Source: Pristiophorus japonicus
Taxonomy: Eukaryota
Reading direction: 5' to 3'
DNA length: 64,000 nucleotides
Assembly: GCF_044704955.1 (NCBI RefSeq)
Contig: NC_091984.1
Span: 52,886,001-52,950,000 of the forward strand
The notes under the pieces were generated by a model. It was not told the origin of the DNA and ran no database searches. It saw nothing but the letters and a program-made list of their open reading frames with translations. The position numbers and the translations under genes were made by a program. Positions 49,501 through 63,045 of the stretch are shown one piece after another (positions within the stretch are counted from its first letter, which is position 1; every line of letters starts with the position of its first letter).

Positions 49501-50362
49501 AACACTCATCTAAAACCGATCAGAAGTGTTAGCTTACATCAAATTTACCAGCTAAGAGCTGCAATAATATTTTTTCACACACACGACTGCTATTAGCTTT
49601 GCACTTTTCATCCTCTTCAACTCAAGATAAGAAAATCATGCAAAAGCTTCTCTGTCATTATTTGCTGTTGCACGGTGTACAACTACTTTAATCTAATAAC
49701 ACTGTATTGCACGAAAGGATTTTTAATATATTTTGAGGATCATGCTCTGACACAATTTGTATAATACAGTTTTGTTAATCCTTTATAGGAACATAGAAAT
49801 GAGTAAAGACTGTACAATTTATCCACAACTCTCACTTTAAGCCCAAGGATAGGACTTGCTCAAAACATTTTCACCTCTCCTGCCTTAGAATATCAAGCCC
49901 CTACCTCTCCAGTCCTTTCTCACAGCGATATGTCCATTTCTTTGCATGCTTGAACTAAATTCACTGGGATTTAAGTCCTACTACTGTTCTAAGTTTTCTA
50001 ATGTAACACTGTATCCTCTGAATTACTTGGATCGTCTTTATTTCATCTCTTTCAAAGTAATTGTTATAACTCATCAGCCTTGTTTGCTGTGTACCATACC
50101 CCAGTTCTGAGAGCAAGTAGGACATTTTCATTTGGACTTATGTCAATGCGTTGAAAAGAGAGAGGTGGCTCACTCTCTGATTTCCAATACCTCCCCTCCC
50201 TGGATGGCACAACCGATAGTTCAGCAAACTTGCCAATGGGGAATCATAGATACAAACATGAAGAGTGGCTGCAGCAGAGTTTTCTTCATCAATGAGGAGC
50301 TTGTCTTTAGAGACAGCGCCAGATCTATGCAGTAGGTGTCTTCTTTTATTTTAATACTTGAT

Positions 50363-53300
50363 ATCCTAGAAACGTGAAAGGGCCCCAAAACGGCTGGTGG
50401 CACCGCGGGGCAAAACTTTCTCGTGCCCGTTTAAAAATCTTAGGCAGCACATAATTTTGGTGTTGCCTGCTGATTTGAATGATTTCAATGCACATCCCAG
50501 CGACGAACACGCTGCTTCAGGCTGTGCGCTCAGTGGGAGGCCCAATGTCGCGTCCCTGGAGCGAGGCTGCATTTTCTTAAAGCAAGGCTGTCATTTTAGA
50601 AAGCAGTCTTGAGCCCTTAAAGGTGAACTCCTTCTGTAATTCTTTTTTTAAATCATTCCAAACTAGGCAGTCTTCAGTTCTTAAAGCTGAACTGACTTCT
50701 GCAGGTATAAAATGGTAAATGTGCTTCAGCATGAGCACAAATGGCTCAATAGGCAGGGGAAAGGGCACCCAGGGCCTCACGTACAACACTTCAGCTTTGT
50801 GCAGGAGGTCAATACTAGAAGAAAACATAAGACATAAGAAATAGGAGCAGGAGTAGGACATTTGACCCCTCGAGCCTGCTCCGCCATTTAACAAGATCAT
50901 GGCTGATCTGATCATGGACTCAGCTCCACTTCCCTGCCCGCTCCCCATAATCCTTTATTCCCTTATTGCTCAAAAATCTGTCGATCTCCACCTTAAATAT
51001 AGTCAATGACCCAGCTTCCACAGTTCTCTGGGGCCGAGAATTCCACAGATTTACAACCCTCAGAGAAGAAATTCCTCCCCATCTCAGTTTTAAATGGTCG
51101 GCCTCTTATTCTGAGACTATGTCCCCTAGTTTTAGTTTCCCATATGAGTGGAAATATCCTCTCTGCAACCACCTTGTCGGGCTCCCTCATTATCTTATAT
51201 GTTTCGATAAGATCATTTCTCATTCTTCTGAACTCCAATGAGTATTGGCCCAACCTACCTTCATAAGTCAACCCCACCATCTCCAGAATCAACCTAGTGA
51301 ACCTTCTCTGAACAGCCTCCAAGTATATCCTTCCTTGAATACGGAGACCAAAACTGTACGCAGATCTCAAGGTTTGGCCTCACCGATACTCTGTACAGTT
51401 GTAGCAGGACTTCTCTGCTTTTATACTCTATGCAATAAAGGCCAACATTCCATTTGCCTTCCTGATTACTTGCTGTACCTGCATACTAACTTTTTGTGCT
51501 TCATGCACAAGGATCCCCAGGTCTCTCTGTACTGCAGTACTTTGCAATTTTTCTCCATTTAAATTATAATTTGCTTTTCTATCTTTTCTGCCAAATTGGA
51601 TAACCTTACATTTTCCCACATTATACTCCATCTGCCAAATTTGCGCACACTCACTTAGCCTGTCTATATCCCTTTGCAGATTTTTTGTGGCCTCCTCACA
51701 ATTTGCTTTCCCACCCATCTTTGTATCATCAACAAACTTGGCTACATTACACTCGGTCCCTTCATCCAAGTCATTAATATAGATTGTAAATAGTTGAGGC
51801 CCCAGCACCGATCCCTGCGGCACCCCACTAGTTACCGTTTGCCAATCGGAAAACGACTCTGTTTTCTGTTAGTTAGCCAATCCTCTATTCATGCTAATAT
51901 ATTACCTCCAACCCCGTATACTTTTATTTTGTGTAGTAACCTTTTATGTGGCACCTTGTCAAATGCCTTCTGGAAATCCAAATACACCACATCCACTGGT
52001 TCCCTCTTACCCATCCTGCTCATTACATCCTCAAAGAACTCCGGCAAATTTGTCAAATGTGATTTCCCTTTCATAAAACCATGCTGACTCTGCTTGATTG
52101 AATTATGCTTTTCCAAATGTCCTGCTACTGTTTCCTTAATAATGGACTCCAGCATTTTCCCGACAGATGTTAGGCTAACTGGTCTATAGTTTCCTGCTTT
52201 CTGTCTGCCTCCTTTTTTAAATAGGAGGCCCACAGGGGGCCAGGAGGCACTCCAGAAAGGAGGATGTGGGATCAGATCGCGGAGGTCGTCACTGGCAGCA
52301 GTGTCGCCCCACCAGCTGGCTCCAGTGCCCAAAGAAGCTCCATGACCTCAGACAAGTGGTCAAGGTGAGTGCATGCATCTTCAAAAGCCGTCTCCTACCA
52401 CCTGCACCACTAGCCTCACACACTGCACAATCCCGCCTCCCAGCCCTCCCCATCACTCACCTACCAACAATCTCTACCAAACACGAGGCACACCTCACAT
52501 TCCTAGTTTCACCTCACCCCCTTGGAGGACGTGGTGCTGGCCATTCTTGGCGGGGGCATGGCTGAGCTCTTGTCCAGCGGCGGGGCTGAAAGAATAAGAG
52601 AGACCGGTATCTTCATACTCACATTTCACTTCCCCTCATTCTACAATACCTTCTGATGTACAAGCTGTGCATGGTTTAAGCATGCAGCTCTTGTTTCCCT
52701 ACCATACCCTGTGCCTTCCTCAGTTCAGACACCCAAGAATTACAGCCAGCCCAGCCAGTGGTTGACCAAGAAGAGGGAGAGGAGAGAGAAGAAGGAGAAG
52801 GAGAAACACCATCACTTGATTCACACTCCAAGCCACCAGCTCCTGCAAGGACCTCTGCAATCTCCCCCACTGAAAGTCAGCAGCCTTCTACCAGCCATGC
52901 TGCAGACACTGGTAGCACTGCATGACATCAGTGGGATAGGCAAAGGCACACGCAAGACAGTCACTAAGGGAATGCATAAAGGTGATGAGTTGATTCCTTG
53001 AATGGATAGATGTACAAAGTTGGATTGGAAAGTTTGCTTTGTGGTGGCTTTTATTTCAGCATCGTGGCCAGGAGGATGCTGTGATGGTCAGTAACAGAGA
53101 GAAGGTAAGGTTTGGGACTAATGTTGAAAGGGGAATTGGGGTTATGGTCACTCGTACTGCAGGCAGATCATTTGATTCCAGATATCCGGCCAGAATGGGG
53201 CTGTCTGGGTTGCCTCCTTCCTTTCGCTTCTTCCTCTTCTGCTTCCTCCTCCTCCCTCTGCAAGCAGCTTGTCCCCTTTGCTGCCTCTGCTTCATCTCCA

Positions 53301-53722
53301 TTTGATGTTACAACCCAAGGGGAACTTCTCAGAGTCATTCCTTTAAGATCGAAAGCCTTGCAAGCATCCAGCAGCACTCCCTGTACACTTTAACAACTTT
53401 TTTCAATGTATTGCGCCAAGCCACTACTTCAATAAAATATAAAAAGTCCAAAAGCTGAAATAGAAACTTACCTGAAAGATGTGGGTGTCCCTTTAAGAAG
53501 CACTGACAGCATCTCTGTACAACTGCTGATGGCACGTTCTTCCATGCGTGGTTATGAGAGGGCGTAATGGTGCCAATTGATATCACTATCTGCACATTTA
53601 CATTGGAGAGGCGAGCACAGGCAACGGAGGCGCTGCTGCCCTCTCCAAAATGGCGGCCACCGTGTCCCGTGCCAGAGGTGGGCGGAATCGAGGCCAGTGC
53701 TACTACGAGGAATTTCTAGGGC
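50363..53722. mobile_element. Internally deleted PIF/Harbinger transposon with Myb/SANT gene remnant (+) and transposase C-terminal remnant (-)
   Basis: Termini ATCCTAGAAA / AATTTCTAGGGC; + strand MAQ*AGERAPR...VQEVNTRR (50741-50822) resumes after a CR1 insertion as RRMWDQIAEVV...SWLQCPKKLHDLRQVVK|GTGAGT (to 52364); - strand acidic EEEEAEEEE..GRRQPRQP tail near 53170-53270. Confidence 0.7.
50823..52226 (-). mobile_element. CR1 LINE, 5'-truncated, inserted into the Harbinger Myb exon
   Basis: GNYRPVSLTSVGKMLE, YLDFQKAFDKVPH, PQGSVLGPQLFTIYINDL, FVDDTK; tail aacataagacataagaa. Confidence 0.93.
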
Positions 53723-54687
53723 ACTATCTCTGTGATTGCACCAGAATACACACAACTTGCTTCCACCCATTAAAAAAATGGAGCATGAGTGAGTAGGAAA
53801 AATGGTCGTTGTAGATAACAGGAATTTCGTATTCAAATTTCACATACAAAATACCACTGGAAGTCTCCCCACATAAGAAAATCCCTAAGCCAACCAAAAT
53901 TACTCTTCCTGTCCTCTTTAAAAAATATTACATAAGTAGTAGGTTGAATTCATATTAAAGAAAGCAGGATGTGTTATGTTAACCAAGATACAGCTTTTAG
54001 AAGCCTAGGCAGATGGATTTTAGGAATAGCTGCAATAGCCTTAAATCCAATATGGCATCTTAGTCAATAATCAATTATTATTTTGCTGATCATTCTAAAC
54101 CTGCACAATTACTATTAAAACTAAAACATGATGGCTGCTCCTAGTCAGAATAGAGTCGAATACAGTGCTGAACAAATTGAAATAATTGTCGGACACTGGT
54201 ATCACACTTCTTACTGAATATCAACAGCTTTTTTGGAAAGGTTATAGAACATATGAAGCCTGGAGGGAAAATCATCCAGCCACCAAGTTGCATTTTTCTT
54301 GCCCGCTCACTCATTACTTGTTAGTCAATGGAATAACGTGGGGAGAGAAGAATGTGTTGGAAACTCTAACCTTTCTTACTGACACATGCATCAGGGGGCA
54401 CTACATCTCACGTTGGAAGATAATTGCAGTCTAGGCAATTTTTTTAAAAAAGCTAATGGTGTCATATTGCAATTAGGTTTTCATAGTTTGCTTGGACCTT
54501 TCATAAATGCAAAAAATATCTGTGGAACATAACTCAATGTGTAAATATCTAAAGTGAAGCTAACTCATGTTTAGGCTGGATTGCAAGTCAAAAGCCATAA
54601 AGCTGATGAGATTTACAGCACAAGACCCAGAAAGTAACTGCTAATATATTTTATGTCTCTATTCATGTTTAAAATGTTATTTCTAAG

Positions 54688-54837
54688 CAATGTTCCCTCT
54701 AAGCTGTGCGACCACGCAGTAATGGGAAAGGTCCTGCGCAGGGCTTTTCCATTGTAAATACCGCACAGGCGAATAAATTTAAAGAGACCACACATTTAAA
54801 GAAACAGGCGGTGCAGAGCGGCGTACAGGGAACATTG
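54688..54837. mobile_element. hAT-like MITE, 150 bp
   Basis: Perfect 11-bp TIR CAATGTTCCCT / AGGGAACATTG; partially preserved TSD tttctaag / tttcag. Confidence 0.75.
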
Positions 54838-57296
54838 TTTCAGCGTATAATCAAATGATAACTTGATACATATATCATAGTATCTTTATGTATCTCTTTT
54901 GTTATTTTAGTGTTGAAATCCTTGTCTGTGAAGTCATATTCAGAGATTAAGAACCTGTTTTCTGTTTAGAATTATTCAAAGTGCTATTGCAATCATCCAA
55001 GTGCACAATTTAAAGTTTACTCTTTGCTAATTGTGCAGCTAATGGAATTCACCACAAATATCATGATGTCATCAGAAATGCTTCCAATACTGCTAGAAAC
55101 ATTCCCACCAATATCATTTGTAAACCTCCATAATCTACAAAAATTAGTTAAAAAAATTCTCCGTTTAAAAAAAATGTTAAACACTTGAAACTAGGAAGCA
55201 CGTGGATTATTAAAACACAAAATATAATTTTACACTTAAAATATGTGTTTATTAATTCCGTGCAGGCAGACACATAGAAGTGGAAATATTCTTTATAAAA
55301 CACTGCACAAATGATAAAGGATACCTTTTGAAAGTGTAAACCGATAATGTCCAGTATATACTGCGCATCACTTTGTGGGCTTGATGTATTTCACAATTTA
55401 ATATTCTATATACATTTAACTTTTTTTTATAATTTTGAAAGAAATTGGCCTGTTTGAGAATTTTGCTTCTGATCTACTATATATAGATAGGAAAGGGTTA
55501 ATTTGATAATACAGAGAAAAAATAAATTCTAAAAATAAAACCAGGCAAGGAAGACATATTTATTTTAAATTTGGGGAATACGCCTCGCTGTAAAACGACT
55601 AACCTGGCCCTGATGTGTTAGATAAAGACTCACACAGTCCTGTACATTATACCCACAGTGTAGCCCTGCTCTGCCCTGCCACTTGTTTACAGCTGCCCCA
55701 AGTCCTTGCAAGTCAGTTCCTGCACCAGGAAGCTGATCTCTTCTCCCTCTTGGCTTGGCTTTCCTGAGGCTGTCAATGGATGGAGCTATAGATCAATCAG
55801 GTCAGCCCATGAGGAGGCCTGTCAGAACTTTCTGTCAAAGCACTTAATAGTGTCAGTTCCTGTAACCTCACAGCTGTGAATTTATGCCTGGAAGCTCACC
55901 CAGGGATATGTTAAAATAACATACTTTATTAGTGTTTTTAGATCACAGGGTGTGTCATGCAGCCTTCCAATGTCCCCCTCAATCTTCATGTCAACCCTCA
56001 TTTGTAGGGTGCCGAAGAATTTATTACACAGGCAATTACAATGTTAATTGGAAAGTAAGAAAAATCAATTAATTCACAAATTTTCCAATTAAAATAGAGA
56101 TAAATCATAAAGCTGTTATTAGCAAAAGGCCAAATCTGTTAACTTTTAGCAGGGAAAAAAAAAGTAGCTGAGCCTTGCCTGGTGCCCTTGAGTGACTTTC
56201 CTCACAAAAGCTGCCATCAGCAGAACGGGGCAGAAGACAGATAAAAAGAATATCGACTGGGCAGGAGGAACACTTCTTCTTTATTGATCAGAGGAGAATT
56301 TAACTTTCTGTGCATACACACAGTGTCAGCAGGGCCACAGGGCAAATTGAAATGAGCTGGCTGCAAAGCTGACAAGCAAAGTGCAGGAACAGAGACGCAA
56401 CAAACTGGGCAATCTGTCCACATCCTACTGCAACCATTCACAGTGGTAAATTTACTAATCCTTATTGTTGCACTTTCTTGTAACAAAGAATAGCCTGTGA
56501 AGCTAACAGAGTGGAATTTGTTACTGATGCATATTTAAAGTTTTCCTACCTGTTGGTTGGTATTTTTGACTCACCCAGTTGATAAATCTAATGAAATGTG
56601 TTTTTTTTTTAAAGGAGCTATAGTTACCCAATACTTTAGAAGCAAACGGCAGTTTTGAAAATTTCCAGGAGTGTGCAAGAGATGCCACAAAATGTAATTT
56701 TTTTAATTACCCTCCTGCACAAAGGCCAAACAGGCAGGTTGCAGGGGCATGTCACAGGTGCAATAACCTAATGAAATGATGCACAGAAGAAATCTGATAG
56801 CTGATTAGATTGCAACAAATGATAAATACATGAAGTAAGACTCATCTGCAATCTTCTAATTTTTATCAACGTTCAGCAAGACACTGTATGGGAGAGACGG
56901 GGTAAACAAAACAGGAAGAAATCCATTCAATCTGATTTTGTCACGTTATTGGAGGATGCGCTGGAGAGATGTGTGACGTAATGTGGGAGCACTGTACATC
57001 TTTCTGCATATTTTATTTGCTCAAATCATGTTGCAGAAATGCTTGACAATATTTGAAACTGTCATCTACATATTCTTGTTAGACAATTATTAGCGAGTCG
57101 CACCTTTTATGTGGAAAGTGCAAACACATTAACATTGAAGTTGCTGGTGATCATTTTAATTAGAATGAAGACACAATAAAGTACTTGTAAAAACTTAAAA
57201 TTCATTCATTTGTTTTAAGTTGAAAAGAATTTATAATAATTATATATTGATGGTTAATGCTCTCCTTTTAATGTAATAACTTAATGTGCACCATGT

Positions 57297-57641
57297 AGGT
57301 GGGCAGCGGAAACATTTCAAGGACACCCTCAAAGCCACCCTGATAAAGTGCAACATCCCCACTGACACCTGGGAGTCCAAAGACCGCCCTAAGGGAAGGA
57401 AGTGCATCCGGGAGGGCACTGAGCACCTCAAGTCTCATCGCCCAGAGCATGCAGAAATCAAGCGCAGACAGCGGAAAGAGTGTGCGGCAAACCAGTCCCA
57501 CCCACCCTTCCCCTCAATGACTATCTGTGACAGAGACTGTGATTCTCGTATTGGACTGTTCAGCCACCGAAGAACTCATTTTAAGAGTGAAAGCAAGTCT
57601 TCCTCATTTCTGAGGGACTGCCTATGATGATGATGATGATG
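57297..57641 (+). mobile_element. RTE-clade LINE 3' fragment
   Basis: GGQRKHFKDTLKATL.KCNI...CDRDCDSRIGLFSHRRTH plus (ATG)n tail; same family as 32897-33826. Confidence 0.9.
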
Positions 57642-58434
57642 AGGCTTAGCAACTGTACACTCCAAAAGGGGAAAGAGCCACTTCAACTTTTCATTGAATA
57701 GGAAGACTAGAACATCACAAGCTAATCCTCCTTCCTCTACATCCCCCGAACGCTCTGTACTTCCTCTGTTCACGCGCTTCTGGAATTGGAGAATGCACCT
57801 CTAGATGACAGGAGCATAACCGTCATTGTAAGTACAGTACTGTATTCCCAGGACTACAGTAGATGCATCTGATTAATAACAAAAATGTTTACTTGAAGGC
57901 ACAGTCATGGATTCTTGAGCTTTGTGTCTGCCTGATTGGCGCTTCCATCCATCATTAAGTACAATTGCATTTTTCAATTCTCAGTACAAGCTAGGACTTC
58001 ACCAGGCGAGGGAGAAAATCTCTCATCCAGCCTCTTCTCCACCTTGCACCTCCAGTATATGCACCCTTGCTTCTACTGGAGATGCTAATCAAGGAGCATT
58101 AGATAGGATTCTTTGATACTAATGGCATTGTGCATACACTCTAGCTTTGCTTGGAAATATAGAATTTGTACACCATTGCACACATAGAAATTACAACATG
58201 GAAGCACACCATTTGGCCCAACCAGTCCGCCTTAGTGTTTACCCTCCAATCAAGCAGTAGCATAATCCCATGTTCCAGTCCTGTACCCATATCCCTTTAT
58301 CCCCTTTCTGTTAACTGCCTATCTCACCTATTCTTAAACGATGGCATGGTCTGTGCTTTAATCACTAACTCCAGTATTACATCCCACAGCCTCACTTACC
58401 TCTGTGTAAAATGTTTCTACTGCTCTTGAGCCTA

Positions 58435-59121
58435 AGACCTAGAAATTGGGTACCGCCCCGTTTGGGGGCAGTAACACTCACGAGGCTCGATCCTCACGAT
58501 AAATTGGGGTTACTGCCCCCGAAAGGAAGCTGAAGGCTAAATCAAGCGCTCAACTTCCTTCCTGGGGTGGGAGCGGGGCGCACGGCTCAGCAGCGCTACG
58601 TATTGGGCCGCGTAGTGCTGCCACGTACGAGGGGCTCTTCCCTGAATTAAAGGGAAGGGCCCAAGCTGCATATTCTGCAGAGTAGGAACCCACCTACCTG
58701 GACCACCGGGGAGCGGGGATGCCACACGATCAGCCTGGCACTCAAGCAGATTGTCAGGCCGAGCGATCGCGGAACTGAGCTCACAACTAAAGCGGCTCCG
58801 GAGCAGGAAGCGAAACAGGAGTTTTTTTCCAGCTGCAGCTGGCCAACTCCCCTTTAAATTTTGCCCTGGTAGCAGCCAGCTGCCGGTTACGTGATGCCAA
58901 AAGCTAGTGCTGTTACCACCGGCACAGCTTTAGGGGGCGAAACCCAATTTAGGTGCTGGTGCACAGGAGATAGGGGCACAATGCCATAGCGCCACCGCTA
59001 AACGCTCGCCGAATTTAGCGGGAGTTGTTAACGGCACCGTGCTCAGTACCAAAGTCATTTATGCCCCGTTAGCAGCCCCGGCGGAACTAACAGGACGCGC
59101 AAATGACCTCAATTTCTCCCA
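58435..59121. mobile_element. Harbinger-type MITE
   Basis: GACCTAGAAATTGGG / CTCAATTTCTCCCAC termini; homologous to the ends of 45509-47000. Confidence 0.7.
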
Positions 59122-60732
59122 CTAAATGTTTGCTCCATGAGGATCTAAGTTCGCACATGTGCATTGTTACACCTGATCTCTGCTAGGGTACAGAGAAATC
59201 AGGCATGTTTGCATCCAACGTTCCATTTTTCCAACAAAAAAAAGCAGCCCTCTGACTTTTCGTTCTTCATCAAAAGCTGTGGCACATTTGATTGCTTCAG
59301 AATATAATCGACATATATAGTCCTCAGGAGGTCCAAGGAGCTGTGTCCACTGTGATATAACCATCCCCTGGGATTGTTAGTTCTGTGAGTGGTGTAGGAT
59401 TTCCTATCTCTTGTTTTCCCTCTCCCACTAAATTATGGAATAACTGGCAACAGCCTCACCCACAGTGGAGGCATGTAAGCTGCACAATATTCGCTTCTGC
59501 CAGTACTCTGGTGAATCTTTGAAATCTTTCCTCTCATTAACAAAACCACCTCACATGTGGGTAATGAGCTCAATCTGTGCATTTGTCTCACTATAAGCAA
59601 AACTGCCTAAGTTTGTCTTGGTTGCCCGATAACAAAGACTTAAAATTCCTTAACAAGCAATATCTTTTTTCATGGGCAATTTTACACAAACACATTTTAG
59701 CATGGTGCCAGAATCTTCATAGAGAAAGAACAGAAATAAACTACATTACCAGTCTTGTTCACCTACTTATTCACATCTACCTTTTCATTAAACTTTATCA
59801 CAGAGATAAATGTAGCGCAGTGTTACATTTCAAACATACTGCTTCATTTTTTGCCCACTTCACATTCATTCTGTTCTTATTTTGCCAATATGACACACTA
59901 TCATTAAAGCAAGATTTTATAGAAATTGGTCAAATTTAAAATGTCATCTTCAATGAAACTCTTAAAAAATTTACATGCACGGCATGCTGCTGGACTGACT
60001 TTATATGGAATTACAAAGGATGATTTATGAATGAGTATCATATGAATACCGCATTGAAGAATGTGCTTAATGTATAACTGTGGGTCAAGGATGAGAATTT
60101 GGATTCAGAAGTGCCAGAATTTGTTTCCTCAAAATTTGACATTCAAAATAATAGAGATTCGTGCCCCCATCTCTGTTCTTTTCCTCCCTCCCCTTGCTTT
60201 GACTGCCAAGGAATCGGATGAATATTGCCACTAGATTAGTCAAATTTACAAATATTAGATCAGTAGAAGTCGAGTTCTATCCCACTCCCCATGAACACAG
60301 AAACTCCCACAACTAGGCCATCAGAGAGTGAATGCATTAATTTCCTGAGCGGTGTATCCATTTCGAGCCAAGTGACATTAATAAACAAATTCCTACACCA
60401 CCAGCTTTAAAGGACACATACCCATCACAAGACCATCAGAAAATTACAGCTGACTATTAAAAAAATAGATGCAAACCACAGCCATTGATGGCAGTAGATG
60501 AAGTTAAGATACATATCAGCCGTAATCTAATTGAATGGCGGAATGGGTTGAATGGCCTCCTCCTGTTTCTATGCACACCAACCCACAAATGACACATTGA
60601 ACAACAAAAAAAGTACCATTCTTCATGTATATTGTAAATCTGACCAAATATGCTATCACTTATTACAATTGGACAAGTATCATATTTCTGAATCTAAATT
60701 CCCTGTACCCCCAAACTGAACAAAACACAATA

Positions 60733-60888
60733 GGGGCAATCTTCATCTTCACTGCTTGGGTAGTAAACTGGAGGAGGGATCAGCTGCCAAATATAGAACT
60801 CACTTGATGGAAATTAAAAGTTCTATAATGGGCGGGCGACCCGTTCTGCCAGCTTACTGCCCAAGCAGTGAAAGTGGAAATTACCCCC
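60733..60888. mobile_element. Foldback MITE (related copy 62219-62388)
   Basis: Long inverted arms ttcactgcttgggtagtaaactgg / ccagcttactgcccaagcagtgaa; GGGG...CCCC ends. Confidence 0.7.
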
Positions 60889-61014
60889 AGTGTGACAAAC
60901 TTGATGTTAGGATTTGGGGTTCCCTGTTATAGACATACCGCTGGTACCATTATACAGGTCGTTTGATTTTTCTTTCCATTGAAATCTACCCCATTTAATA
61001 ATAATGCATACATG

Positions 61015-61322
61015 GCAACAACAACAACTTGCACTTATATAATGCATTTAACGTAGTAAAACGTTCCAAGGCACTTCACAGGAGCATTACCAAACAAAAT
61101 TTGACGCCGAGCCATATACGGAGATATCAGGACAGATGACCAAAAGCTTGGTCAAGCAGGTAGGTTTTAAGAAGCATCTTAAAGGAGGAGAGAGAGAGGT
61201 AGAGAGGCTTAAGGAGGGAATTCCAGAGCTTAGGGCCTCGGCAGCTGAAGGCACGGCTGCCGTTGGTGGAGTGATTAAAATCAGGGATGCTCAAGAAGCC
61301 AGATTTGGAGGAGCGCAGAGAT
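61015..61322 (-). mobile_element. L2-clade LINE 3' fragment
   Basis: Minus-strand LRSS.SG.LSIP...GSRAFSCRGPKLWNSL...FKMLLKTYLLDQAF; (TTG)n tail. Confidence 0.85.
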
Positions 61323-62484
61323 TCCAGCGAGATGGGCTGAAAGCTCACCAATATCCCGCATACACAGATCAGGGCATTCCACAAATAGAGGCACCATTGC
61401 AGAAATCAAGGAAAAATCTGATAGGTTGGATTGTTGTGCAACACCTACAGTGTGACAGGAAATGAGTCCAGTATCTGCACTAAGGCAGATGTTTTTTTTC
61501 CACTTAAAAGTGGCTATCTTCTCTCATTTCCATTTGATGGCCTCAATTTCTCTCAGTATGGCAGAGAAAACAGCCATAAGCATATGACGCAGAGCTGTTC
61601 CAACTTCAAAATTGTCACAGCTCTTAAGACTAGTGAGAAATGAATATATGTATCTCTTCACTGTCCATTACCCTGTCAGCACCTACAGAGGCATTTCTGA
61701 GCTCTGCCATTTTTACTCAATAATTGCCAGAGCAGGAATTACATTGCATTTTTCCAAGCGATATACAGTGCTAATAATAACACAAGTGGAGCTGATTTCC
61801 ATCAGAAATAAGGGTCTGAGCAGTCCATAGTGAGCCAAACTATATTTCTGTGGTAATACTTGTCTATAGGAAGCATGTCTCCATACTGAGTGATTGTACA
61901 AATGCTGGGAGAGAAAGAACTCCTTGTCTGATGACCTGTTATCTCTTTTGCAATGCCATTCTGATGCCATTTCTACCTACTACATTCAATTTGTGTTATA
62001 CCTTGCATCCCGACTATTACCCTCATCCTAAAAGTTTTTTTAAAAATTCATTCATGGGATGTGGGCGTCGCTGGCAAGGTCAGCATTTTTTTGTAGATTT
62101 TCCCTAGTCACCTGCTGCCTTCACACAGCCTGAACTGAGAGGGATTTGGGTCATGCAAATGAGTAGTTGGAGCCACAATGATGAGTCACATCGTGAAGAA
62201 GCAGCAATGAGTCACATAGGGGCAGATTTTCAGCCTGCTGCCCTGGTGTTACGGATCAGCCGCCCATTATAGAAACTATCCGCTTTTTTATTTCATTGAA
62301 ATGGAAATGAAAATCAGGCAGTTTCTCTCCTGGGCGGACAATCGCAACATCAGTCTTACGCCCAGACAGCAAGTGGAAAATCTATCCCACAGTAGGGCAG
62401 CAGTCAGGGATTATGTGATGGAATGGGAGCTAAGATAACAGTAAGAAATTGCATGAAGGCATATAACAAAAACCAGAGAGATTT

Positions 62485-62898
62485 AAATTTATATAGTGCC
62501 TTATCACAGCTCTCAGAAATATCTCAAAATAGTTCACAAATTATGAACTACTTTAAAGTGCAGTGACTGTTGTAGCTCAGGCAAATAAAGTAGCCATTTT
62601 GGGCAGAGAAAAACCCCACAAACAATAATGAAATAAGTGATGAGTTCATCTCTCTTTGATAATATTGGCCGAGGAAAAAAATGTTCTTTTGTTCTTTTTT
62701 GAATAATGCTATTGGATCTTTAATGTTCATCGAATCACTACAACCGGCATACAAACCAGTTTGGCGAATTATGGACTTGACAGTGATGTACTCCTTCAGT
62801 ACTGTACTGCACTATCAGCCTAGATTATATGTTCAAGTCCTGGAGTGGGACTTGAACCCACAACCTTCTGTCTCCGTGTTAAGAGTGCTACCAACTGA
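62485..62898 (-). mobile_element. tRNA-derived Deu-type SINE (fragments also about 19365-19460 and 48990-49110)
   Basis: Minus-strand head ctcagttggtagcactc...ggttgtgggttcaagtcccactcca with A and B boxes; body with aaagatccaatagcattattc; L2-type tail. Confidence 0.7.
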
Positions 62899-62919
62899 GG
62901 AGCTACTGAGCTCAACAGT

Positions 62920-63045
62920 GGGGGTGAAATTCCTCCTGTCGATAAATCGGGCAAAAATGTTGGTGAGAGCACAAAATGAAAAATCAAATTTTGTACAGGT
63001 GCCAACATTTCATTAAAACATTTTGGCATGAGGAATTTTACCCCC
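62920..63045. mobile_element. Short Harbinger-type MITE
   Basis: TIR GGGGGTGAAATTCCTC / GAGGAATTTTACCCCC; near-TSD agt/agc. Confidence 0.7.

Noticed and set aside
62840-62898. tRNA-like sequence with A and B boxes
   Set aside because: It is the head of a SINE and does not form a complete cloverleaf.
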